Positions 13,546 to 27,410 of a stretch of DNA of 64,000 nucleotides are shown here, one piece after another. The notes under the pieces were generated by a model. The model worked only from the letters and a program-made list of their open reading frames with translations. It did no database searches and was not told the DNA's origin. The translations under genes and the position numbers were made by a program. Position 1 is the first letter of the stretch, and each line of letters opens with the position of its first letter. The stretch comes from the human T2T-CHM13v2.0 reference genome, Homo sapiens, in assembly GCF_009914755.1 (NCBI RefSeq), contig NC_060947.1. One strand, 5' to 3'.

Positions 13546-14019
13546 TGTAGGGAGCCGAAGGCCTGTGGGACATGACCAACTCAGCATTCCACTGGAGGCT
13601 ATATGATCAAACAGCAAACTGTTTATCATGAATGCAGGATGTGAGCAAACTCAGGACTGCTCCTGGTGACAGAAGGTTTGCTGGAGGCAATCACTCCCTG
13701 GCGCCAAAGTTATCTACTGTGACATCTAGAGCCTGTTGATCGAGGAATGCAGTCTTGCAAGCCTACTCCGGACTGAGCAGCTGACCCTTTCTTCCACCCC
13801 CTTTCTCACTATCTCTTTTGCCTAATAAATACAGAGGGCTGTGTAAAGCTCAGGGCCCTTGTCCACTAGAGGCAAGGCGCCCCCCGATCCCTCCTTCCAA
13901 ATATACTCTTTTGTCTCATGTCTTTTATTCCCACATTTGCCCCGCTTTGTTCAGTCCCCCTAAGTCCATGCGGGTTATATAGTGGCACCCCGAGCAGCGA
14001 CAGAATCGGGTGCTCAACA
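13546..14019 (+). mobile_element. 3' LTR, LTR3/LTR3A-like (HML-6)
   Basis: TG..CA termini directly after the polypurine tract; GACCAACTCAGCATTCCACTGGAGGCTATATGATCAAACAGC matches LTR3 by recall; AATAAA at about 13824. Confidence 0.8.
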
Positions 14020-14340
14020 TTACTTGACTAGACTTCTCAGGGATATCTGTTTTCCGTTCAGAAAACTAGAGTTTTGATTTGTTTATCAACTGTGATTTTG
14101 TTTTATAATATGCTAATTTCTCATTTTAGACTTATTATTTTGTTTTCTCTAGATTTTTTCCCCTAACTCTTTGAGACTGATGCTTATTTTTTGTTTGTAT
14201 ACAAAGGAATGCATTGAAGGATTCTGAACTATCTCTTAAGTTCAAATATGTTCAAATCCCATCCATTTTGATGTGTGGCAGTCTTGTTTTCTAAGTAGTT
14301 TACAAATGTGTTTTAAATTTCTGGTTCAATAATTAAGAGT
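14020..14340 (-). mobile_element. Very old, decayed L1 (L1ME-like) ORF2 fragment
   Basis: T-rich sequence with patchy similarity to antisense L1 ORF2 (TTCAGAAAACTAGAGTTTTGATTTGTTTATCAA; AATGCATTGAAGG; CCCATCCATTTTGATGTG). Confidence 0.45.
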
Positions 14341-14344
14341 CTTT

Positions 14345-15088
14345 AAAAAAAAAAACCACAATAAGATACCATCTCACATCAGTCAGAATGGCGATTATTA
14401 AAAAGTCAAGAAAAAACAGATGCTGGTGAGGCTGCAGAGAAACAGGAACACTTTTACACTGTTGGTGGAAATGTAAATTAGTTCAGCCATTGTGGTAGAC
14501 AGTGTGGTGATTCCTCAAAGACCAGAACCAGAAATACCATTTGACTCAGCAATCCCATTACTGGGTATATACCCAAAGGAATATAAATAATTATATTATA
14601 AAGATACATACATGTATATGATCATTGCAGCACTATTTACAATAGCAAATACATAGAATCAACCCAAACGCCCATCAACGATAGACTGGATAAAGAAAAT
14701 GTAGTACATATACACCATGGAATACTATGCAGCCATAAAAAGGAACAACATCATGTCATTTGCAGGGACATGGATGGAGCTGGAAGCCATTATTCTCAGC
14801 AAACTAATGCAGGAACAGAAAACCAAACACTGCATATTCTCACTTATAAGTGGGAGCTGAACAATGAGAATACATAGACACAGGGTAGGGAAAAACGCAC
14901 ACTGGGACCTGTTTGTGGGGGTCGAGGGAGGGAAAAATAGCTAATGCATGCTGGGCTTAATACCTAGGTGATGGGTTGATAGGTGCAGTAAATCACCACG
15001 GGACACATTTACCTATGTAACAAACCTGCATATCCTGAATGTGTATCCCAGAACTTAAAATAAAAATTTAAAAACTTAAAAACAACAA
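14345..15088 (+). mobile_element. 5'-truncated primate L1 (old L1PA-type) 3' end
   Basis: AAACCACAATAAGATACCATCTCACATCAGTCAGAATGG..CCCAGAACTTAAAATAAAA followed by an A-rich tail. Confidence 0.85.
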
Positions 15089-15730
15089 AAGTAATGAAAT
15101 CAGTATGCTGAAGAGATATCTGCACTACCATGTTCAATGCAGCATTCTTCACAATACCCAAGATATGGAAACAACCTAAGTGTCTACCAACAGAAGAATT
15201 AATTTTTAACAGTGATATATATGCACAATGGAATACCATTCAGCTCTTTAAAAACAGGAAATTCTGTCATTTGCAACAACATGGATGAATCTAGAGGACA
15301 TTATGTGAAATAAGCAAGGCACAGAGAGACAAATACTGTATGATCTCACTTATATAAGGAATCTAAAAAGTCAAACTCATAGAAGTAGAGAATAGAGTGG
15401 TGTTTGCCAGAGGCTGGGGAAGAAAGAGGTGAATGGGGAAAGAGGAGACATTGGTCAATTGGTACAAAGGCACAATTAGGAGAAAAATTCTGGTGTTATA
15501 TTGAACGGCAAGGTGACTATAATTAATATTGTAATGTATATTTCAAAATATCTAAAAGAGGATTTTAAATGTTCTCACACAAAGAAATGATAAATATTTA
15601 AGATTATAGATACACTAATTACCTGATTTGATCATTTCACAATGTATACAAGTATTGAAACATCACCTTGTACCCCACAAATATATATAATTACTATTCG
15701 TCAATTAAAAATAAAATAAAACTTAAAAAA
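15089..15730 (+). mobile_element. L1MA 3' end, probable continuation of the 1400-9520 element
   Basis: AATGAAATCAGTATGCTGAAGAGATATCTGCACT resumes the L1MA sequence a few dozen nt after the break at 9520; ends GTCAATTAAAAATAAAATAAA. Confidence 0.75.
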
Positions 15731-15734
15731 ACAA

Positions 15735-17430
<1,696 letters not shown>

Positions 17431-17446
17431 GGCTTTCCTATCTAGT

Positions 17447-18682
17447 ATGATTGCCCCTTCTCCTAAGAGCAGTGAAGAGGAAGGGCAAAAGGATGAAGAA
17501 GTTCTTCAGGGAGAACAAGGAGATTTTAATGATAATGATACCGAACCAGAAAATCTGGGTCACAGGCCTCTCCTCATGGATTCTGAAGATGAGGAAGAAG
17601 AGGAGAAACGTAGCTCTGATTCTGATTATGAGCAGGCTAAAGCAAAGTACAGTGATATGAGCCCTGTCTACAGAGACAAATCTGGCAGTGGACCAACCCA
17701 AGATATTAATACAATACTCCTCACCTCAGCCCAATTGTCCTCTGATGTTGGAGTGGAGACTCCTAAACAGGAGTTCGATATATTTGGCGCCGTCCCCTTC
17801 TTTGCAGTGTGTGCTCAACAGCCCCAGCAAGAAAAGAATGAAAAGAGCCTCCCTCAACACAGGTTTCCTGCTACGGGACTCCAGCAGGAGGAATTTGATG
17901 TATTCACAAAGGCGCCTTTTAGCAAGAAGGTGAATGTACAAGAATGCCATGCGGTGGGGCCTGAGACACATCCCAAAAGCATAGATATATTTGACTTCAC
18001 TCCATTTCAGCCCTTCCTCACATCAACAAGTAAAAGTGAAAGCAACGAGGACCTTTTTGGGCTTGTGCCCTTTGAGGAAATAATGGGGAGCCAGCAGCAA
18101 AAAGTCAAACAGCGCAGCTTACAGAAACTGTCCTCTCGCCAAAGGCGCACAAAGCAGGATATGTCCAAAAGTAATGGGAAGCGGCATCATGGCACGCCAA
18201 CTAGCAAAAAGAAGACTTTGAAGCCTACCTACCGCACTCCAGAGAGGGCTCGCAGGCACAAAAAAGTGGGTCGCCGAGTCTCTCAAACCAGCAATGAATT
18301 TGTAACCATCTCAGACTCCAAGGAGAACATTGGTGCCGCAGTGACTGATGGGAACGATAGGGGGAACGTCTTACAACTCGAGGAGAGTCTGTTGGACCCC
18401 TTTGGTGCCAAGCCCTTCCATCCTCCAGACCTGTCATGGCACCCTCTACATCAGGGCCTGAATGACATCCGTGCTGATCACAATACTGTCCTGCCTAAGC
18501 AGCCAAGGCAAAATTCACTACATGGGTCATTCCATAGTGCAGATGTATTGACAATGGATGATTTTGGTGCCATGCCCTTTACAGAACTTGTGGTGCAAAG
18601 CATCACTCTACAGCAGTCCCAACAGTCCCAACCAGTCGAATTAGACCCATTTGGTGCTGCCCCATTTCCTTCTAAACAGTAG
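17447..18682 (+). pseudogene. BMP2KL: BMP2K-like copy: uninterrupted 411-aa ORF matching the BMP2K C-terminal tail, no kinase domain
   Basis: PSPKSSEEE..HRPLLMDSEDEEEEEK..LDPFGAKPF..LDPFGAAPFPSKQ matches the recalled BMP2K C-terminus; ATG at 17447, TAG ending at 18682. Confidence 0.92.
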
Positions 18683-21540
18683 ATACTTCTGATGGATTAC
18701 TGGCATTAACTCCTGTTTCAAAAAAGTATGAATAGTTTTATGAATTTGAAAAAAAATTTAATGGCTGTTTATGTCGTTCGTTCTTAAAGATCAATCAGAA
18801 CAGGTGATTTTTAAAAAACCAAATAGAAAAATGAAGTATCTCTACAGGGTAGTAACTTGATGCCTCTTCCAAGCAGGAGAAAAGGGAGCTAAATTGCCAG
18901 CTCTAACTAAGGGTTTCTGCTACTGACCTCACAACACAGAAATGCAAGTGTGGTACTTCCAGTGAAAGCACATGGCATCCTTCCAGGTGTGTAACCACTC
19001 AGGAGGGACAGTAAAACTGTTATTTTTAATATCAGAATGTCATTTTTGTGTGCATATCCCTAAAATTAGGGTTATTTGTACATACACTAGTTACGTTTGT
19101 GAATTTTTTTAAGATCTCTTCTAATTTCCATGCAGTTAAAAACAATCTAGTTCTCTTAAAGCATTAGAAAGTTATTATCTGGAGAGTGCAGAGATTTCAC
19201 TCCATACACCTTTCTCCACAAAGCAGAACCAGAAGTAACTGGCTATTGTGCCTAAAACTATTTCATTTTAAAAACAAGTGCCATTAATATGGAATATCTA
19301 ATGATAAGTACATGAAATGTATATATTAATGTGTATATTAATTAGCTCAATTTAGCTATTCCACAATTTACATATTTCAAAACAATGTTATACATGATAA
19401 ATATATATAATTTTTGTCAATTAAAACATAAATTTTAAAAATGGACTATCGCATAGAAGCCTAGAACAAAAATATAAAGAGAAATATCTGACATTCAAAA
19501 AGAAATGATAAGCAGAAAAAATAATATAGAAGAAAAAATTCACTACTTTAGAAACACTTTATATTGTTTATGAATGGCTTCTTGCCCCAAACTTTTATTA
19601 ACACGGCCCTAATGAAGCAGATTATTGGAAAAAATTGGGAGTGAGGACAAGGGTTATATAAAAATTTTATTTTAGGAAGAAAATATGTAGGAGAAACTGA
19701 ATTTTCAGGACATTTACAGTGTGAAATCATGTTGCATTTAATAATGTACTTTATTAGCAACTTCACCAAATATTCCCCAAGTCATAAGCAACAATTATTT
19801 TTATTAGTTTTGGGGGGTGGAGTCGTTTTAATAAAGTGCACAGAACAGTGACATCCACAAAGCCTTATAGGCAGGATTCATGCATCCTGCTGCAAGTACC
19901 TCTGCACTAATAAATTAGATCCTAAAATGCATATAAGGTGGACTAGCATCTTAACTCTGCTAGTTGATCATATCTTCACTGAAAAGAACCCAGCTACCAA
20001 TTGCCTTTTTTTAACACCACAAATGCTAATTAGAAACTTGAGATTTTATAGAAATTATTTAATGATAGAGATTACATATGTGAATTAATGTGAATATAGT
20101 ATCTGTGCTTCCTGTGTCTATAAATATTTTAAGTTATAATTAACTGTCCTGCACTATCAGATTAACATTTCGAAGTTTCTAGAACAGTTAATGCTATTTA
20201 CAGAAAGGAGTGGAAACTCATCAACTGGCACTCTCTTTGATTTTTATATTTTAAATTAACTCTCTTTGAACCCAATTAAAGTATATTTTATGAGTAATTT
20301 TGTTAGGCATCTCTTAATTATAGTGCCTCAATGGGATAAGATATTTGCCTATTTTCACAGTTCTGAACTTGGAAAGAAGCAAAGTATATGTAAATAAGCC
20401 ACATATTTGTCTTTTTATTGCTTTTTTCCCTCTTTTATATGCTAAATCAAATATAAATTTGTGGATAGGGAAGCAATATGTGAATCACAATGTAGCAGAG
20501 GCAGACCAAGCATTACATTATTACTTAGAGTTGTACTTTTAGAGCTGGACTGCACCAATTACTTGTCCTCATGCCAAAGGCAAATATATTTGCAACTTTT
20601 TTTTTTCATTTCTCAGGTTGATTAATACTGCTAATGCAAATGCTCAAGTAGATGTTTAAAAACTTTACAAAATAGATTCAAGGAATACTTTCTTTTAAAA
20701 GTGAAGACTTGATGATTACACATAGTAAATTCATGAACTACAGTAGGTTTGTATCAAACAGAATAACTTTTTAAATGAAAATCTTTTGAGGTGTGCACAA
20801 TATGCTTCTTATTTTAGTCCTTGGTCTTTGCTAGATCTCATGAGTTTCATCATTTAGAAAAGGGGTAGGGGATGAACTAGTGTGGTCTCCTTCAGATGTA
20901 AACATGAAATACCTAGCGTTTTACTCGCTTCTCAATACACTGAATAATTTTAAATGGTTCAGACACTGATGTAGACCCTTTGGCTTATAATGTTGGATAA
21001 ATTCTGAGGAAACAACTCTGACAGCTTAAAATATTTACATTCTTATGTTATAACACAGCACAGTAACTTTCTTCTTTCAAGATTGTAGCTCAGAGAAAAG
21101 ACACAGGATTCCATTGGGGGTTCAAAGGGATAGAAGTGGAGAGATTCCTTTGTGTTGAAATAGAGGCATTTTCCTAAAAAGTATATATTTATACTTTGCA
21201 TTTTCATTCATCATCCCCCAGAATCATGGTCAAAGTGTAGGTCACTCCACACAGCTGATGCTCAGGTCATTGCATTATGAGAATTATGAGAATAAAGCTC
21301 TCAAGGTATGTGAAAGTGCTTAACACAGTACCTGGCATACAGCACTCAATAATAAGTTTGGCTCTATTATGGGATGTTCAAATTCTGGTTTAAGAATGTA
21401 AGAAAGGTTATATATATATACCACTAAGCAAATATAAATATCTATGTATATATATAGCAAAGACCATATATATATATATGGGTTTTTTTCCCTAATAATA
21501 TTTGGGTGTCCCCTGTGCTTCTTTAGGATGTAGTTATAAC
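18683..21540 (+). pseudogene. Probable copied BMP2K 3'UTR (MIR/L2-like relic near 21280-21360)
   Basis: About 2.9 kb of AT-rich, nearly repeat-free sequence directly after the stop codon in an otherwise repeat-saturated region; the extent is inferred. Confidence 0.6.
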
Positions 21541-21542
21541 TC

Positions 21543-21790
21543 TCAATGAGAACACATGGACACAGGGAGGGAACATTACACACTGGGGCCTGTCAGAAGG
21601 TGGGGGGCAAGGGAAGGGATAGCACTAGGAGAAATACCTAATGTAGATGACGGGTTGATGGGTGCAGCAAACCACCATGGCACATGTATACCTATGTAAC
21701 AAACCTGCACGTTCTGCACATGTATCCCAGAACTTAAAGTATAATTTAAAAAAAAAGATACAAACAAAACAAAACAAACAAACAAACAAA
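21543..21790 (+). mobile_element. Short L1PA 3' end with A/(CAAA)n tail
   Basis: CAATGAGAACACATGGACACAGGGAGGGAACATTACACACTGGGGCC..GAACTTAAAGTATAAT. Confidence 0.9.
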
Positions 21791-21794
21791 ACGT

Positions 21795-23240
21795 CTGCTG
21801 GGTTTGATAAGGATTGAATCTGCAAATGAGTTTAAGGGGTATTGCCATTTTAACAATATAAAGTCTTTATGGAATGTCATTCTATTTATTTAAGACTTCT
21901 TTAATGTTTTAACAATGTTTGTTTGTTGTTTTCAGAGTATATGTTTTGCACTTGTTTTGTTACATTTATTCCTAAGGATTTTGTTCTTTTTCATGATATT
22001 GCAAATTAAATCATTCTTTTCATTTCATTTTTGTTTTGTTCATTGCTGCTATAGAGAAATACAATTGATTTTGTATATTGATCTGTTCTCCTGCCACTGT
22101 GTTGAAATTGTTAATTATTTCCAATAGTTTGTAGTAGATTCCTTAGGATATTCATGCATACATTTATGTCATCTACAAATACAGATTGTCTTACTTCCTT
22201 CCAAATCGGGTTGATTTTTATTTCTTTTTCTTGCCTGATTGCCCTGATTGGAATCTTCAGTACAATGTGGAATAAAAGTGGTGAAGGCAAACATCCGTGT
22301 CTTGTTCTGGATCTTAGGGAGAAAGCTTTTATCATTAACTATTATGTTAGCTGTGGCTTTTCCATAGATGCCCTTTGTCAGCTTTGAGGAAGTTTCCTTC
22401 TGTTCCTAGTTTGTTGAGTGTTTTTATCATGAAAGAGTGCTAGATTTTGTCAAACAGTTTTTACTTCTATTGAGATGATCATTTGGTTTTTGTTTTCATT
22501 CTTTTGACATGGTGTATTACATTAGCTGATTTTCAAATGTAAAACAACCTTGCATTCCTAGGATAAATCTTACTAGGTCATGCCGTACAATTCTTTTTAT
22601 ATGTTGTTGAATTCGGTTTGTTAATACTTTGCTGAGGATTTTTGTGTCTATACTCATAAGCAATATCAGTATGTAGTTTTCTTTCCTCGTAATATTGTCT
22701 GGTTTTGGTATCTTGATAGTAATGTACTCACAGGATGTGTAGGGAAGTGTGCCCTCCTCTTCTAGTTTTAGAAATTTGGTATATGTTATTAAGTGTTGGA
22801 TAGAATTAACCAGTGAAGTCTACTGTTTCTGGCCTTTTCTTTGTATGAAATTGAACGATTGCTTATTTACATCTCCTTACTCTCTATAGGTCCATTCAGA
22901 TTTTACATTTTTTTCTTGAGTTAGTTTCAGTAGTTTGTGTTCTTCTATGAACTTATCCATTTCACATGTTATCTATTTTGTTGTCATATAATTGTAGACA
23001 GTATTTCCTTACATTTCTCTTGTTTTTGTAATATTGGTAGTAATGGCAACTCTTTCATTTTTATTTTAGTAAATTGAGTATTCTCCTTTTTTCTTGATTT
23101 GTGTAGCTCGTTTCATCAATTTTGTTAATCTTTTAAAAGAACCAAGTTTTTGATTACCTCATTTTCTCTGTTGTTTTTCTCTTTTACATAATATTAACTT
23201 CTGACCTAATCTTCATGATTCCATTCTTCTGCTTAATTTG
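21795..23240 (-). mobile_element. Old L1 ORF2 fragment
   Basis: Minus-strand ORF 22111..22335 (AFSLRSRTRHGCLPSPLLFHIVL..VDD) is L1 RT. Confidence 0.8.
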
Positions 23241-23244
23241 TGTT

Positions 23245-26200
23245 TATTATTATTGAATTACAAATAAAAATTATATATATTTATGGTGTACAACATGATT
23301 TCTTAAAGTATGTATACATTGTGAAGTGGCTAAATCAAGCTAATTCACATATGCATTACCTTGGATATTTATTTTTGTGGTGAAAACACTTAAAATCTAC
23401 TCTAAGCAAATTTCAAGTACAAAATATATCATTAATGCATTGTTGTAAGTATAGTCACCATGTTAGACAATATTCTTGAACTTATTCCTCTTGTCTAACT
23501 AAAATTTTCTATCCTTTAACCAATATCTCCTCTATCTCCCACTTCCCCAACAGGGCTCCTGTCTACACTCTGCTTCTGTGAATCTATCATTTTTAGATTC
23601 CACATATAAGTGAGATCACGGAGTTTTTGTCTTTCGGTGCTCGGCTTATTTCACATAACACATTATCCTCTGGGTTCACCCATGTTTCCCCAAATGACAG
23701 GATATCCTTTTAGAAGGCTAAAGAGTATTCCATGTGTGTATATACCACAGTTTCTTTATCCATTCATTTGTCAATGGACATTTAGGTTGCATCCATATTT
23801 CAGCTGTGGTGAATAATGTAAATAATATGGGAGTGCAGATATCTCTTGAAATACTGATTACATTTTCTTTGGATATTTACCTAGAAGTCGAATTGCTGGA
23901 TCATATGGTAATTTTTTTGAAGAACCTCTGTATTGTTTTTGATAATAGTAGTATTGATTTACTTTCCCACCAGCAGTGTACAATGGTTCCCTTTTCTTTT
24001 CATTCTGCCCAACACTGACCGTCTTTCCCCTTTTTGATACTAGCTCACTCTACGGGTGTGATGTGATATGGTGGTTTTTAATTTTCATTTCCCTGATGAT
24101 TAGTAACGTTGAGCAATTTTTTTCATATATCTAATGGCCATTGGTATGTCTTCTTTTGAAAATAACAACTTAGGTCTTTTTGTCCATTGTTTAATTGGGT
24201 TACTTGTTTTCTTGCTATTGAGTTATTTGAGTTCCTTATATATTTTGTATATTAACTTTTTATCAGATGTGTGGATTACAAATATTTTCTCCCATTTTAT
24301 GGGTTGTCTCTTCACTTTGATTGTTTCCTTTGCTGTGCATAAGCTTTTTAATTTGTTGTAATAGCATTTGTCCATTTTTGGTTTCGTTACCTGTGCTTTT
24401 GGGGTTATAGCCAAGAAATCATTGCCCACACCAGTGACATGGAACTTTTGCCCTATGTTTTCTCGTAGTTTTACAGTTTCAGGTTTTACATTTAAGTCTT
24501 TTATCCATTTTGAATTGATATTTTGTATATAGTGTGAAATAAGGATCTAATTTTATTCTTCTTTATTCTTCTGTGTATGTATATCCAGTTGTCCCAACAC
24601 CATTTATCAAAGAGACTGTCCTTTCCCCATTGTGTGTTCTTGGCACCTTTGTCAAACATCAATTGACTGTAAATGTGTGGATTTATTTCTGGGCTTTCTG
24701 TTCTGTTCCATTAGTCTATTTGTCTGTTTTTATGCTAGTATAAAGTTGTTTTGACTACTATAATTTTATAGTAGATTTTAAAATCAGGAAATGTGACGCC
24801 TCCAGTTTTATTCTTTTTGCTCAAGATTACTTTGGCTATTCAGCATCTTCTATAGTTCCATACAAATTGTCGGGTTGTTCTATTTCTGTGAAAAATGTCA
24901 TTGAAGTTTTGATATGGATGGCATAAAATCTGTAGATTGCTTTGATTAATATGGGCATTTTAACAATATTAATCTTACAGCTTATAGACACAAGATACAT
25001 TTCTAGTTATTCGCATTTTCTTTAGTTTCTTTCATCAGTGTTTTATACTTTTTACTGTACAGATCTCTCACCTTCATGGTTAAATTTATTCCTCAGAGTT
25101 TTAGTTTTATAGCTATTGTAAATGAGATTGGTTTGTTGATTTCTTTTTCAGAAATTTATTGTTAGTGTATAGAAACACTTCAGATTTTGTATCTTAATTT
25201 TGTATACTGTAAATTTTCAGATGTTTATTAGGTCCAATTGTTCTTTTGTGGAGCCTTTATAGTTTTCTAATAAGATCATGTTATCAGCAAACAGAAATAA
25301 CTTCACTTGTTCCTTTCTGAAATAAAAGCCTTTTATTTCATCTTCACTAACTGCTCTTGCTAGGAATTCCAGTATTCTATTGAATAGAAGTGAGTGGGCA
25401 TCTTTGTCTAGTTCCTGATCACAGAGAAAAAGATTTTAGCTTTTTCCCATTGAGTATGTCGTCAGCTGTGGGCTGTTATATATAAATGGCTTTTATTTTG
25501 TTGACATACATTCCTTCTATACATAATTTGTTGAGGCTTTTTATTATAAAAGTATGTTTTGTCAAGTGCTTCTGCACCTATTAAGACGATCAATTGGCTT
25601 TTGTCTTTTATCCTATTAATGTGATGTACCATATTTATTAATCTGCATATGTTGAACCATTCTTTCCTCCCTGGGATAAATACCATTTGGTCACGGTGAA
25701 TGACCCATTAATGCGTTGTTGAATTGAGTTTGCTAGCATTTTGTTGAGGATTTTGCATCTATGTTCATCGGGAATACTGGTCTGCTGTTTTCTTTCCTTG
25801 TAGTGTTTTGTCTGGCTTTGGTATCCAAGTAACGCTGGCCTCAAAATGAGTTTGAATGTATTCCCTCCTCCTCAATTTTGTGGAATATTTTGAGAAGGAT
25901 TGGTATTAGTTCTTCCTTAAATGTTTGGTATAATTCAGCAGTGAGGTCATCAGGTCCTGGGCTTTTCTATGTTGGGAGTTTTGGATTAATCATTTAATAT
26001 ACTTGTTATTGGTCTATACAGATTTTCTGTTTCTTCATGATTCAGTCTCGGTAGGCTGTATGTTTTTAGGAATGTATCCATTTTTCTAGGTTATCAATTT
26101 TTGGGGGAATATAATTGCTCATAGTTTCTTATGACTTTATATTTCTGTAGTATCAGTTGTAAGGTCTTCTCTTTCATTTATGATTTTATTCATTTCAGTC

Positions 26201-26647
26201 TTCTCTCTTTTTCTTAGTCAAGCTAAAAGTTTGTCAATTTTGCTTATCTTTTCAAAATACTAACTCTTAGTTCTGTTTATCCTTTCTGTTGTTTTTCTAG
26301 TCTCTATTCATTTTTATTCCTGTTCTGACCTTTATTCCCTTTCTGCCAGCTTTCAGTTTAGGCTGGTCTTTTAGAGTTCCTTGAGGTATAATGTTAGTTT
26401 GGATTTTTAAGTCTTTTTTCTTTTTTGATGTAGGCATTTATTGCTATAAAGTCCCCTCTTAGAACTGCTTTTGCTGCATCCCATACATTTGGCATGTTGT
26501 TTCCGCTTTCTGTTGTCCCAAGATATTTTTCAATTCCTTTTCATTTCTTCTTGACTCTTTGTTCAGGAGCATGTTGTTTAATTTCTACATATTTGTGAAT
26601 TCTCCAATTTTTCTTGTTATTGATTTCTAGATTCATACCGTTATGGT
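23245..26647 (-). mobile_element. L1MA-type element (3'UTR to ORF2)
   Basis: 3' end near 23245; minus-strand ORFs 24223..24429 and 25462..25686 are L1 ORF2 relics. Confidence 0.85.
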
Positions 26648-27410
26648 TACTGAGATTCCTGGGGCAGGCCTGGATCCTGATTCTGCTGGACTGTCAGGGG
26701 TGGCCTCAAGCTTGGGTCTATGCATGCCAACCTGGTGCTGGAGTGAGACTGGAGGCTAGGTCCACAAGTGTTGGCCTGGAGTCTGGGGCTGAAGAGGCAG
26801 ACCAGGCAATGGTATGGGGCGGGGGGCGCCTGAAGCCTGGGCCCATGTGGTACTGGGCCAATCTCAGTCTGGTACTGGGCCAATCTGGAGTCTGGGTTGG
26901 GCCTGAAGCTTGAGTCTCCAGGGGCCAGCCTGGACCCTGAGGCTGCAGGAGCAGGCTTGGTGCTGGTGCCTGTTGGTGCCACCCTAGCACTACAGTGAGC
27001 CTGAAGCCTGGGGCTTCAGGGGCCAGCCTGGTGCTAGAGCAGGCCTGGAGCCTGGGTCTGCAGATGCTGGCTTGGAGTCTGGAGATGTGGTGGCTAGCCT
27101 GGCACTGTGGTGGACTGGTTCCTAGGTTAGTAAAGGCTAGCCTGGAGCTAGGGTATAGTGGTGTTGGTCTGGTGCAGAGGAGGGCCTGGAAACTAGGTCC
27201 ATGGGTATCTGCCTGGAGTCTGGGGCTATGGGGCCTGGCCTGGCAGTGGGGCAGGCCTAGAAGCTGGGTACTTAAGGTCATGGCTGGGTCCTAGGGCTGT
27301 GGGTGCTGGCCTGGTGCCTGAGACTGCCAAGGTTATCCTGGAGCTGGGTCCTGGGTGTACTGGCCTGGAGGTTCCATCCACAAGTGCTGGCCTGAAGCCT
27401 GGAGGCATGA
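26648..27410 (-). repeat. GC-rich degenerate tandem region (GGCCTGGAGCCTGGG-like units), probably an old L1 5'UTR
   Basis: Many imperfect GGCCTGG/GCCTGGAG/CTGGG units, abutting L1 ORF2 through an apparent deletion junction. Confidence 0.55.

Noticed and set aside
13983-14001. tRNA gene
   Set aside because: Only a PBS-like complement of a tRNA 3' end; no cloverleaf and no A/B boxes.
26718-27281. 187-aa Pro/Ala/Arg-rich ORF and overlapping ORFs
   Set aside because: The GC-rich low-complexity repeat is depleted of stops in several frames; no recognisable domain.
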